DNA of 64,000 nucleotides from Peribolospora baueri. Taxonomy: Eukaryota. The position numbers were made by a program, and so were the translations under genes. This document shows positions 11,729-23,478 of this stretch, piece after piece. The notes under the pieces are model-generated. The model searched no databases and was not told the origin of the DNA. It worked only from the letters and a program-made list of their open reading frames with translations. The stretch is taken from contig JAMDHS010000004.1 in assembly GCA_029717555.1 (NCBI GenBank), forward strand, positions 248,001-312,000. The letters run 5' to 3'. The first letter of the stretch is position 1; the number at the start of each line of letters is the position of its first letter.

Positions 11729-12931
11729 ATGGCACCCCTCGTCTGGCTCGTCACTGGCTCTTCGGCCGGCTTTGGCGAAGCCTTTGTGCTGCAAGCCCTA
11801 GCTCGGGGCGATAAGGTGATCGCGACGGCGCGGGACGTGGCCAAGCTCGAACGCGTCAAGGCGCGGGGCGCGGACGTGGTCCCGCTGGACGTCACCAGTC
11901 CGCTGGAGAGCCTGCACAAGACGGCCGAGGAGGCCGTCGCAATTCACGGGAGGGTGGACGTGCTCGTCAACAACGCCGGATACGTGCTGTTCTCGACCGT
12001 CGAGGAGGCTACGTGAGTACGAGGGGACGCGGTGCGGTAGAGCGCGGTGCGGTAGAGTCGCCTGTCGCACGTCCTTTGCAGTCCACGTTGAGACACTTCC
12101 CTCTTTCTCACGTTCAGGCCAGAAGAGACGCAGAAGATCATGGACACGAACGTCTGTGAGTTCCCCGTCTGACTCACTGTGTGCCTCTGTCGATTCGTCG
12201 TCCTAGGTCACCTTTGCGGACGTCCCATTCACCCTTCCCATCCGCTCCTCCTTTCCCACCCTCCTCTCGCCTCAGTCGGCCTGGTCAATGTCACCCGCGC
12301 CTTTCTGCCATACATGCGCAAACGTAGATCTGGGACGATCGTCAACGTGAGCTCTCTCGCCGGCTTGAGGACCTTTCCAGGAAGCTCGCTGTACAGCATG
12401 ACCAAATGTGCCGTCGAAAGTGGGTATATGTTCGTTCCGCCTTTGTGTTCCCGCCCTTCGCCTCCGATCGTTCTTCCTCTCCGTTCCATCGGCCAAAGCT
12501 GGCGCTGACTCCGCCTCTCATCGTCCCTCTCCCTAGGCATGTCCGAAGGTCTCTCCGAGGAGGTGGCCCCCTTCGGCATCCGCGTCTTCATCCTCGAACC
12601 GGGCGTCTTCCGCACGCGCTTCCTTTCCAAGGAGTCGATCACTTATTCGACCAACAGGATCGAAGACTATGACAAACTGAACAAAGACACCCGCACCTTC
12701 TCCGACCTCTCGGGCAAGCAGGCAGGAGACCCGAACAAGGCGGTCACGAGGGTCATTGAAGCAGTAACGGGGACGGGGATGTACGCCGACGGGAGGGAAC
12801 CGGAGTTGAGGATCGTGGTGGGCCGCGACTGTCTTGCCGGCGGCCAGGCGGCCTTGGAGGAGAAGCTGAGGCAGGTCGTCGCTCGCCGAGACGTGGCGGA
12901 AAGCACGGACCACGACGATGTCGCGCACTGA
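11729..12931 (+). CDS. Classical short-chain dehydrogenase/reductase, multi-exon
   Basis: WLVTGSSAGFG (TGxxxGxG), DVLVNNAG, IVNVSS, YSMTK (YxxxK), ILEPGVFRT, GDPNKA. Confidence 0.92.
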
Positions 12932-13070
12932 GCGCCCGCCGTTATGGACGGGTAGGGTCGGGCCCTCACGCCATCTGTCCCTTCCCCGGTTACCGTCCCG
13001 AATAGAGTACGTTCCCCGTCTCCATCTTACTCTCGCTCTGCTTCTGGCGCTCGACTCGAGCGATGGCCGC

Positions 13071-13200
13071 CAAGGGTTTAACTTCCATTAATGGAATAAA
13101 ATATTTTTCGCAAATTTTGTGTAATTGAAGAAGTCTAATAGGATTTCGAATTTCTCCATTAACAGCCTTAATTATACGTATTAAACCTTCTTTATGATGA
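13071..13200 (-). pseudogene. NUMT: fragment of a mitochondrial group I intron LAGLIDADG homing endonuclease
   Basis: Abrupt AT-rich island translating without stops to HHKEGLIRIIKAVNGEIRNPIRLLQLHKICEKYFIPLMEVKPL, which resembles the inter-domain segment of fungal mitochondrial LAGLIDADG ORFs. Confidence 0.8.
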
Positions 13201-13308
13201 GGAGGTCCCAGTTCCTGCACCTCCCATCTGTACCGAAACAGCAGCGTGCAACATCTAAATGCCCCCCTCTTCTTCCTGCAATCCATAGTGGACAGCTGAA
13301 GGGCCGAG

Positions 13309-14583
13309 TCATGACATCTCCGTCTCCTCTTCACCTTCGGCGGTTTGTTCGCCTCCCCACCAGGCTAGCAAGCCCAGTCCCGGGTCAGTTATGGAGCCCT
13401 TAAACCACCAGTCAAGGAGAAGGAAGGACGGGACATCTGATTAGACTGTGAGCTAGAAAGCGGATCCCAGACTGCAGAGGATCGGACGGGAACGACAGAC
13501 TTACCGTGATGACATACGGTGCGAGCCTCTCGCCCTCACCCGATCCTTGAGCGGTGCCTGCGACAGCAGCGGTGGGCGCTGCTGGACCGCTGAGGCTACC
13601 GAGTGAGCCTCCGTCGCCTTTGGTAGGCCCCGGGTTGGACTCGTTGAACTCATCCCTTTCCACGCGGAAGCGGATTGTCTGATGTGGGTCTATAAAGAGG
13701 CGCTCGGACGGGTCGGAGAGAAGAGGGTCGTCCACGTGGGAAGGGTCGGACGGCTCGGGAAGCCAGAAATGAGTCGCTTCGGTATGGTCGCTGCGAAAGA
13801 AAGGGACGACGAAAGCAAAAACGGGATGTAGGTGAGGACGACGACGCAGAAGAGAGGCCATCGAGACCGACTCACAAAGCCGAGGGCTCGGGGAGAAAAT
13901 CGGCAGGGATGTAGATGTCGTCAAAGAAATCCATTGTTACTGTACGGCGCAAAAGTTATGGAGAGACGAGGAAACGAATGTGAGGAGGAGACTGAGCGAC
14001 ACAGCGGACAAAGTGACGATGTGCAATCACATACCTCTGACGTGATCCTTCGTCGCGCTCTTCACCTTCCCCACCAACACTTCGCCGACGAAAGGCCGAA
14101 AGACGACTAATCGGAAAGTCACTTCGAAACGGGAAAGAAACCACGACCGTATTCGTTTTGGTCAGGCTCGAGCCCATTCACCGCTAGAGACGTGACGAGT
14201 CGCTCACCTCGATGGTAGAGACATCCGTCTCCCCATCGCACCTTCCCCTCCTCAGCCGACAGGAGGTCATGCAAGCATATACAGAGGCCGATATTGTGGA
14301 GCACCTGGAGAACGTCACACAAAAAACCGTAAGGCCCAGCGGAGGACACAATGCCGTTCAAACCACTTCGAAAGGGGGCGAGGCCATGATTTCCACCTTG
14401 TTGGCATATTTCTTGTTGATCTCATCGGCTATTGCCGACGCGACGTCCTTGCCCATGTACTGAGGCTCAATCTTGACCACATCCTGGGACGAACGCCGTT
14501 TGCTCGTTGTCAGCGTCGTCGTCTTCCAGCGTCATCACAACGCACACACGTCAGCTCACCTTGACGTCGGTGAGAACAAACAT
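13309..14583 (-). CDS. RPC25: RNA polymerase III subunit Rpc25 (RPC8), multi-exon
   Basis: MFVLTDVK|DVVKIEP...INKKYANK|VLHNIGLCICLHDL...GDGCLY...FRLVVFRPFVGEVLVG...IRFRVE...PYVIT|GSITDPGLGLLAWW...EMS*. Confidence 0.92.
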
Positions 14584-14801
14584 GGCTCTGTCCGTCTCCG
14601 AGGCCCGGCATCGCAAGGCAAGTCGACGTTCCTCCCCTCAGCACGCCAATCGCGACCGCCATGCCATCTTCTAAACGCTGCGGCAAACCGCCTCGTTGAT
14701 CGCTCACACGGTCAAGGACGTCGTCTTTCACCACCAATCGCCAACAACGGCTCTGAAATGAAGCATTCGGGCTTCACCTGACACTTCCGTACTGCCGTGG
14801 G

Positions 14802-17800
14802 ATGGTGCGTGCCCTATCCCGCAGCGTCTGCTCGGGCCACCGAGTTATCGTCCTCGCCCAATGGCACGCCCTTCTCAATCTCGACGGCGGTCAAGCACAC
14901 GGAGCGGCCGGTCATCGCACCTCAATTTCCCCATCATGCCGCTCTTTCGATGGAGCGATCCCCACCCCGCGTGGACATACTATGGGTGCGTACTCCACCC
15001 TAGCTGCAGCTTCGTCTTCTAGGAAAGCGAAGCTGTGGAAGGGCACTCCGCCTCTTTCCGCGTGGTCACTCCGTTGCGAAACGACGACGGCCTTCTACGC
15101 TGGAGCGGCCGCTCCACACCTCACGGACGAGCGGGACCCGCAGAGCGACTCGCCCCTTTCCATCAGTCCGCACATGTCTCTCCGACCCTACCAGGAGGAA
15201 TGCATCGTTGAATGTATCTCCTCCATCGCGGCGGGCCACACCCGCATCGGCGTCTCGTCCCCAACCGGCTCAGGCAAGACGACCATGTTCACCCATCTCA
15301 TTCACCTTCTTCCACCTCTCCCTCCGGCTACGCGCTTCTCTGCTCCCGCCACGCGCGCTCTGATCATCGTCAATTCGGTCGAACTCGCCTTGCAGGCGGC
15401 CAAGGCCATGACCGTAGCCTACCCGGACAAGTGGGTTGAGATCGAGCAGGGCGCCAAGTACGTCGCCAGCGGGTTGGCCGACGTGACCGTTGCCACATAC
15501 CAGACGTTGCTGAGTGGGAACAGGCTGGACAAATTCGACCCGAGAGCGTTCAAAGTCGTCGTCGTGGACGAGGCGCACCACGCCGCCGCACCCAGTTATC
15601 TTCGGCTTCTAAGTTATTTCGATCCCAGGGTCGGTTCGAAGCGACCGAAGATGGCGGAAGGGCAAGAGGAAGATGAAGACGCAACGGGTGTTGACGAGGC
15701 GGAGGCTACTGCAAGGGAGGACGCCTTTTTGGCGACGTCGGCGAACGACTCGAAACGGGAGGCCGAATCCACCCCTCCGCCGACGCAAAAGGAGAGGCAC
15801 GTTCCTATCGTCGGTTTCTCGGCAACTTTCAGCCGACACGACGGCCTGGCGCTTGGCACTGTCTTTGACAGGATTGTCTTTCACAGGGATTTTTTAGATA
15901 TGATTCGAGAGAAATGGTGAGGCGGAGTGGATTCGTGTGACCATCGCCTCCCTTCGTCTTCCTAGTGATGTCATACTGATCAACGGTTGCTATTATGGAT
16001 CCCTCGTTCGGACACCGCCGTAACAGGCTCTGTCCAGTCCGCTTCACTTCAGTAAAAGCACAAGTTGATTTGGCGGCGGTGGAGATTTCGCGCGCGTCGG
16101 GCGACTTTAAGACTTCGTCGCTCGCTTCCGTCATCAACACTCCGGCCATCAATCGCCTTGTCGTCAAGGCCTGGCTCGAGAAGGCTTGGAACCCGTCCAA
16201 GGAGTCCACGTCCTCGTCCACCTTTTTGGAACCCGGATACCGGCGTCTGGGTGATGGACACGTAGACGTGGAGAAAAAAGGGGACGTGCCTGCGCCGACG
16301 ATGGCGGCGCGTCCACAGCGCTCGACGACGCTCGTTTTCTGCGTGGACGTTGCGCACGTCGAATCGCTCACTGACGAATTTCGAAGGACTGGCATCGACG
16401 CGAGATTCGTGTACTCCGGTACGCCGGCGAAGGACCGCGCGGTGTTGATGAAAGACTTTCGACAGGGGAAGTTCCCGGTGCTCGTCAACTGCTGTGAGTA
16501 GTGGAGAGAGGCAGAGATTTCCTGAAACTTCTTCTTGACTCGGGTTCGTCTCGACCGCCAATCCGAGGTCGCTCTGATCTGACCGTCATCCGCTCTCCTC
16601 TGTTCTCAGCGATCCTCACAGAAGGGGCAGACGTGCCGTCCATAGACTGCGTCCTGCTCGCCCGTCCCACGCGGTCGCGCAACCTCTTTTCTCAAATGAT
16701 CGGCAGAGGCATGCGTCTGTCACCATCCACGGGCAAACAGGACTGTATGGTCCTCGACCTCGTGGGCAATATAGAGAGGGGCGTCGTTTGCACGCCTACG
16801 CTGTTCGGGCTTAGCGTGGAGGAGGAGATTGAAGGCGAGTCGAGCGGCGTTTTACGAGCATTGAAGGCAGGACCGGTCTGTCCTGACCTGAGATCCAGCT
16901 TTTTTTTTCCCGTTTTGTTGTTCCCTTCAGAGGAGACCGTTGACTCTCTCACCGCCCGAGCGGAAAAGGAGCGTCTCGCTCGAGAGGCCTCTGCGTCCAA
17001 CGACGAGGAAGGCTCGGGGGAAAAGCGTCCTCCGTTCGACATTGCGGACCCTTCCAAGGTCTTCTTCATCGACTACGCCGACCCGGAAGCGGTTACCGCC
17101 GCGTTCGGAAGCAAGGGCAGTGGCGTCGTGGAGACGATGAGTCGGAACGCGTGGGTGAACTGTGGAGGGGACGTGTACGTACTCGAATGCAGTCGAAAGG
17201 GATACATTCGGGTACAGAGGGGCGGAGAGAATGACGGTGCCCGTGAGTGGGGCGCTTTCGTTGGTCTGTCCGTCGACGCGTCATGCGCTCTGACCGTCGT
17301 TTTTCTTCTACTGGCGCTCTCCATGTGGAAATGCAGCGTGGATAGCCTACTTTGTCCCGGCGATGCCTTCACCCACCGAGGCGGACTATGCGGTGGCAGA
17401 GGCGAACCCGCGCTCCCGTCGGGCCACCTATCCCTACCGCCGTCGCCAGAACGTTCTCCAAGCGGAGGAGCTGGCAGCGGCGATCCGGGGTGCGGACACG
17501 TACGCGACGACGCGCGTGTTGTCAGGTGCCCAGGCTGGGTACTTGAGCCGATGGGCGAAATGGAGGGCACAGCCTGCGAGCGAGAAGCAGCGGGAGCTGG
17601 TGGAGAAGAGGTTAGGCCTCAAGAAGAGCGGGTCGCCCCGGGGGTCTTCTAGGAAGGATGCGGAGGAGGAGGAGGAGAGAGAAAGAGAAGAAGGAGGTGG
17701 GACGCTGGGAGAGATGACAAAAGGTCAAGCGACCAACATCCTCACTCGTCTCTCGCACGGCTTGAAAGGGAGGATGGCAAAGATGGAGAAGGAGTCGAGG

Positions 17801-17887
17801 AAGAGGGAGAGGGAGGAGAGGAGGAAGGAGAAGGAGAGGCTGCGGGCTAGCGCTTCGATGGTCAAGGTGGGACCGTTGGAAAGCTAG
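14802..17887 (+). CDS. IRC3: Mitochondrial SF2 DNA helicase Irc3-like, multi-exon (start may be 14802 or a downstream ATG)
   Basis: [98 protein letters not shown]. Confidence 0.88.
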
Positions 17888-18324
17888 CTGCCCACCCGTT
17901 TCCGTCTCTTCTCTCTCCCACGTTTTTTTTTTTCGACGTGTGCATAGAACCGCTTTGTCCAGCGACGCCTACCTTCCTCCGCCTTCGGCTTCGGGCCACC
18001 TCGGCTCGTCGGTATGCTTAGCTTAGCTTATACCTCTGCAACGAGGGGACACGAGGGGAAGAGGTGTGATGCGTCTTAGTTATGTTTCAAAATAGACGAC
18101 TAGACAACAGGAAGAGGAGGAGTCGGGGGAACTTTGGAAAACGAACAAACAAACAAGCAAAGAAAAAAAACAACAACTATGCCTCGGGCTCAAGGAAACG
18201 CACGCTGGCAAATAGGGATGATGATAGAGGGGCGAGGGCGAAAGAAAGCGTTACGTTGCGCGACACCCAACTTTGGGGGGGGGTGGATTAAAGATAACGG
18301 CAACGGCAACGATAAGACGGGCTT

Positions 18325-19650
18325 TCAGAGCTCAAGTGCGACGAGAAGGAGGTGAGGAGCGTGAACAAAGGCCGAGGTGGTCACGACGTGCCCGCCGACG
18401 TAGAGGAGAGAGTGAATGAGTTGGGCTGCGGAAGACGAGCAAGGGAATGTAATGCGCGCCGTGGGTCTGGGTGAGCAGGTGCATCGATGGAGACAAAGTG
18501 AAAAAGACAGAAAAGGCAGCACTCACCGAGGTCGGGATGGGACTTGTCCAGACAAATGACCACATTATCGCAATGGAGCTGCTCATCAGCAACGTCCAAC
18601 AGATTCACTACGCTCCCGCGCAAATCCTCGAGAGCGGGTGGGCGCGGCTTGACATAGAAGGACCTTGATCCGTCGGCGCCAAAGCCGGAAACGCTCGATT
18701 CGATCATCACGCCCTCCCATTGGTGTTCCATCGCTTCGACACCGACGACGTGTCCGTCCACCACCACCGTCCCATCAGCGCAAATGACTACGTGCGCATC
18801 CGTCCGTTCTCCAACGCCCGTGTCGCGAGGGAAGATCTCCTTGGCGAATCCGGTGGCGAGAGCGGAAGGCGGGCCTTCAAGACGGAAGGCGGGCAGGGGT
18901 GCATGGTCCGCCTCGGGCGTTTCGGGCGGCGTCATGGGAGCCTGCGAAGCGAGAATGCGCTCTACGATCGCCGCGGCCGAGAGCGCGATCGTCCCGTCGT
19001 CGACGCTGGCCGGAGCAGGAAGGGAGAGGTGATTAGGAGCCGACATCGACATCGACGTCGCAGCAGCGGCGGTCGAGGCCGAGCTGACATGGTCGGCGAC
19101 GGCGGTTGTGGTGGGCGTGGTGGGAGGAGTGGGCGGGAAGGGAGTGAGTGAACCGTCGTGGCCGTCGGCGTCGTTGTCGTCGATAGCCTTGTTGGAAAGT
19201 AGGGGGTATGAAATAGAGGCCTCGGGGGCCTCGACAGCGCCTCTCTGCCTCTCACGCAGGTCGAGACGACCTCCCGGGATATCGGGAGGCATTTTTGCTT
19301 TATCGACGCTAAAAGCGATGCTGCACAGGGTTGAACGAAGGCGAGCTGTGAGCGGAAGGCGGGCGACAAAGGAAGGGAGACGTCGGTCACTCACCCGTCC
19401 CACCGCGCCAGACGTAGCGAAAGATTGGAAGTCGCCGGCCGAGGCTCCAGCGGCCTGGCCAACGACTGCCCCGAGCGCAGAGAGCTGCCCCTTCATGCCA
19501 ACGGCTGCGCCAAGGCCGGCGCTGAAAGGGAGAGAGAAGGGAGGGAGAAGAGCAAGGGTCAATGACGGCGTGCACGGCAAGGGGACATGGCAAAAGCACT
19601 CACGCGGGGGAGATACTGGAGACATGCTTGGAATTGGATTTGGAATTCAT
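18325..19650 (-). CDS. OAZ1: Ornithine decarboxylase antizyme. Exons 19650-19604, 19521-19395, 19320-18527, 18425-18325. ORF1 (61 aa) joined to ORF2 by a +1 ribosomal frameshift (~355 aa total)
   Basis: C-terminal ODC_AZ-type domain LRGSVVNLLDVADEQLHCDNVVICLDKSHPDL(A)QLIHSLLYVGG. The spliced ORF1 ends ...SGAVGRHRF-UAG and ORF2 is open in the +1 frame with no initiating ATG at the junction. Confidence 0.9.
19260..19317 (-). other. +1 programmed frameshift site CGC-UUU-UAG-C with a candidate 3' stem-loop
   Basis: TTT at 19314-19312, TAG at 19311-19309; hairpin GCCUCCCG/CGGGAGGU at 19290-19269; outer pairing GUCGA (19307-19303) with UCGAC (19264-19260). Confidence 0.8.
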
Positions 19651-20985
19651 TGCTACGGCTTGTACAGCTTGGCGGTGTTGAGAAGAGATGTGATGAGAGC
19701 GGCTACTGGAGAAGAAAGCGGGGGATAGAGAGCGAGTATGGGAGTGGGCAGTGGTGGAAGATGGACGGATGGATGGATGGCGGAAGCCCCCGGCGCCAGT
19801 GCTTGCCGCAGACGCCCGGTCGCGCGTGGCGGGTGCCCGCGTATGCCCGCTTATGCGCTATCCCCGTCTCACCGGCTACGCCCGTCTATGTCCGGCGCTC
19901 TGTCTCTGACGGCATCCTAGACGTGGGTGGCCTACTCTGCTCTGTGTGCCCTCCGTCAGCTTGCCGGCCAGCTGCAAAAGGCAGGTCGCAGATGACGACG
20001 TCGGGCGACGGGGAGAAGGCATGGGCATGGCTGGGTCACATATACGTATCACAAGCCACAGCACATCGCGTCGCTCCCTCCGCTTGGGGCAGCCTTGCTA
20101 TGGCCGAGGAAGAGCAGAGCCGCCCGGCGGCCGTCTTACTACACGTGCGTCCTGCATCCGCCTCGCCTCCGCCCCGCCCCGCCCTGCCTCTGCTTCTGCC
20201 TGTGTCATTGCCTCCGCCTCCGCCTCACTATGCCTCGCCGTGCACCCCGGCTCGGCTCCACGTGCAGGCGCTCGATAGGCCGATGGGACGGACTAGTGCC
20301 GTTTTTTTTTCTTTTTTTTTCTGCATGGGCGCTCGCCGCGTCGGTTCGCCCCCGCTAGCGAGGAGGCTAGGAAAAGGTACGGCCGGCGGCGTATGGAATG
20401 AGCCTGAGAGCCCACGACGGGTCTGTCTTCCTGTCTGTGTGCGTGTGAGGGTGTGTATGTGTGTTTGAGGGTGTGACGATGACGGCGACGGACGTCTGCT
20501 TACAAGCGAGACAGGCGGACGACACGGATGGGCGGCTAGCGCGCAGGGACGGATGAAGAGGAAGAGGGCGACGAGGAGTGGCTGCCCGGCGGAGACGCAG
20601 ACAGGCGCAGACAGCCAGCCACATACGTCGAACGCATACGTGTACGTATGTAGCGCGCTCGATATTGGACGACGAATGGTCCCAAGCGCATGCGCCCGCC
20701 GTGCCTAAGAACCATTCCCGGCGCCGCCCAGCTGGTCAGCATCTTATAACTCCTTCCCCCACCGCCCTACGTCGTCGTCGCCGCATTCAAGAAGCAGCGA
20801 CTCCACTCGACACCACCACTCCCCCGTCTTTCTTTTCCCTTCACCCCTCTGCCTTCGCGCCCGCCCTCTCCTCCTCTCCTCCTTCGCGCCCGCTCCCCTT
20901 CTCTCCCTCTTTTCCCCTCTCTCTTCCTCCGAGTAGAGCAGAGAAGCAAGAAAAGATCAGATAAGAAAAGAAAAAGCAAACCACC

Positions 20986-23478
20986 ATGGCCGCGCCCAAG
21001 GAAGATACCACGCCCGTCACCGAGCTCTCCAAGGCCAAGAGCCCCGGTGCCGGCGCCGACAACGAGAAGGGCGGCGCCGTTGACTCCGCCTCCCTGGCCG
21101 TCGAGAAGAGGCGCGCAGACGCCGAGGGTGTGTCTTCGGCCTACGAAAAGAAGGTTTATCTCGTTAATAAGGTCATCTCCGAGGACATTGGCATGGGCAA
21201 GGTGAGTCGCTTGGCTGGTCGGTCCGTCGGTGCGCATGGTCGCTCGGCTGACCTTGTCGTCGTCGTGACCAATCTTGCCCCGTCTCCGTATATGCTCTCC
21301 ACCCGGTCTCCGTATATGCTCTCCGCCGCCCACGCACCAGTTCCAATGGGAGCTCTTCGCCCTCTCCGGCTTTGGATGGTTCGTCGACAACGTGAGTTCC
21401 TCGTCCCCGCCTCACTTGTCGTCGTTAGGCGTCCCTCACTTCGCTCACACCAAGCTGACGTACGTATATGCCCACTCATTCCCGTCGCTCCCCAGGTTTG
21501 GCTCCAGGGTGTGGCCATCGTGCTCCCTCAGGTCCAGAAAGAGTTCAAGCCCGAACACGTCGAATACATGACCCTCGCCCTCTACTCCGGCCTCATCTGC
21601 GGCGCAGCCACGTGGGGCATCCTAGCAGACATCGTCGGCCGTCGCCTCTCCTTCAACATGACCCTCTTCCTCGCTGGCGTATTCGGCATCGCCGCCGGTG
21701 GCGCACCCAACTTTGTCGCCTTGGGCGGTCTCCTCGCCGCCCTCGGCTTTGGTGTCGGAGGAAACTTGGTAGGTGCATGCCAGATGTGCTTACGCTGCCT
21801 TTTTTTCTCGCTCATCTTTCTCGTTTCCTCCCAATCGTGCCCACCTTACTCGTCCCGTCAGCCCGTCGACGGCGCCCTCTTCCTCGAATTCATCCCCGGC
21901 GCCAGCCAGTTCCTCCTCACCTTCCTCAGCGTCTTCTGGTCCTTGGGACAGCGTGAGTCCGCCCTCGTCAACTCCATCCGATGGTCTGCTCCCAGGCCTC
22001 ACCCCGTACCTTGATCCCTTCCCATTCACACTCAGTTTTCGCTTCCCTCATCGCCTGGGCTTTCATCTCCAACTACTCGTGCGACCCGGACAACGCCTTG
22101 CCCGCCTCGGCGCCCTGCCCTCGTTCCACCAACATGGGTTGGCGGTACACCTACTTCTGCCTCGGCAGCATCACCTTCATCATGTTCATCCTCCGCTTCT
22201 TTGTCTTCCGCCTCCCCGAGTCGCCGAAGTACCTCATCAGCAAGGGCAGGGACGCAGAGGCGGTGGAGGTGCTCAAGGAAGTGGCCAGGAGGAACAACAT
22301 CGAGCTCAACACCATCTCCGTGGAGTCGCTTCGTGCCGCCGCCGGGGAGGACGTCGACCCGCTCGACGACGATCACGCCCGTCCTGCCGTCTCTGAGAAA
22401 GCCAACATGGGCAGCGTTCAGATGAACCTGGCCAACGTCAGTGAGTACCGCCGGTGCCTCTCCCTGAGAGGACCGTCTGCATCGCATGTTTATTTACTCA
22501 CTCTCCCCGAACGCACGTAGAGCGCACTCTGTCCAAGTTCGACCTGTCGCACGTCAAGCCGCTGTTCGCGACGCCCAAGCTGGCGTGGAACTCGTTCGTC
22601 ATCATCCTCTTGTGGGGCATGATCGGCCTTGCCTACCCGCTCTTCAACGCCTTCATCACCCTTTATCTCTCCCACAAAGGTACCAACACCGGCTACGCGA
22701 CCGTGTACGACACCTTCAAGAACTACACCATCATCTCCGTCTGCGGCGTCCCCGGTAGCTTCATCGCCGCCTGGCTCGTCGAGCTTCCTAGGTCAGGCAG
22801 GCGTGGCGCCATGGCAATCAGCACGCTGTTGACGGTGAGTCGAGCCGGACGAGAGAGGATGAGGAAAGTGCTGAACGGGCGCTGAGCCTGCTCCCCTTTT
22901 GACCGACCTATCTCCTCCCAGGGCGTCTTCCTTTACGCCTTCATCTACTCCAAGACGGCCGCGCAGGTGCTGGCGTTCAGCTGCGTCACCGCTCTTACCG
23001 AAAACGCCATGTACGGCGTGCTGTGTGAGTCGTCATTTCCATCGTCTCTTTATTATGGTATCCGGCTCGCTGCTGTTGCGTCCGTCCTGGCCACCTCGTG
23101 CTCATGTTTCGACACCGTCCCCTCGTTCAGACGGATACACTCCCGAGGCGTGGCCCGCTCCCGTACGTGGCACGGGTGACGGCCTTGCCTCGTCCTTCAA
23201 CCGCATCACTGGCATTCGTGAGTGCATCGCGATCGCTTCCGTGCTGTTTGTGACATGTCGGACCACCTGACCTCGTCCAACGCTCCATCGGTCCTCCTTC
23301 CGATACCGGCGTATTTTCCCTCTCCCCTCCCGCAGTGGCGCCGGGTATCAAGATCGTCCTTGCCAAGAACCCCGCCCAAGTGAACACGCCGCTCTTCGTC
23401 GCCGCTTCGCTCTTCGTCGCCTCCGCTGTCTTGATGTGCATGTTGCGCATCGAGACGCAGGGCAGGTCTGCTTTGTGA
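20986..23478 (+). CDS. MFS transporter, SV2/SVOP-like branch, multi-exon
   Basis: FQWELFALSGFGWFVDN, WGILADIVGRRLSF (MFS motif A), GGNLPVDGALFLEFIP, LPESPKYL, YTPEAWPAPVRGTG, ends ETQGRSAL*; TATA-like TTATAA at ~20745. Confidence 0.9.
21281..21325. repeat. 24-bp-period direct repeat in MFS intron 1
   Basis: GTCTCCGTATATGCTCTCC occurs twice in tandem. Confidence 0.85.

Noticed and set aside
19309..19314. TTTTAG as an alternative acceptor that removes the stop
   Set aside because: Splicing there gives CGT-CGA-TAA, an immediate stop, so it does not restore ORF2.
18381..19625. 414-aa single-exon ORF as the antizyme CDS
   Set aside because: It reads through three clear introns and misses the conserved last exon; the spliced frameshift model fits better.
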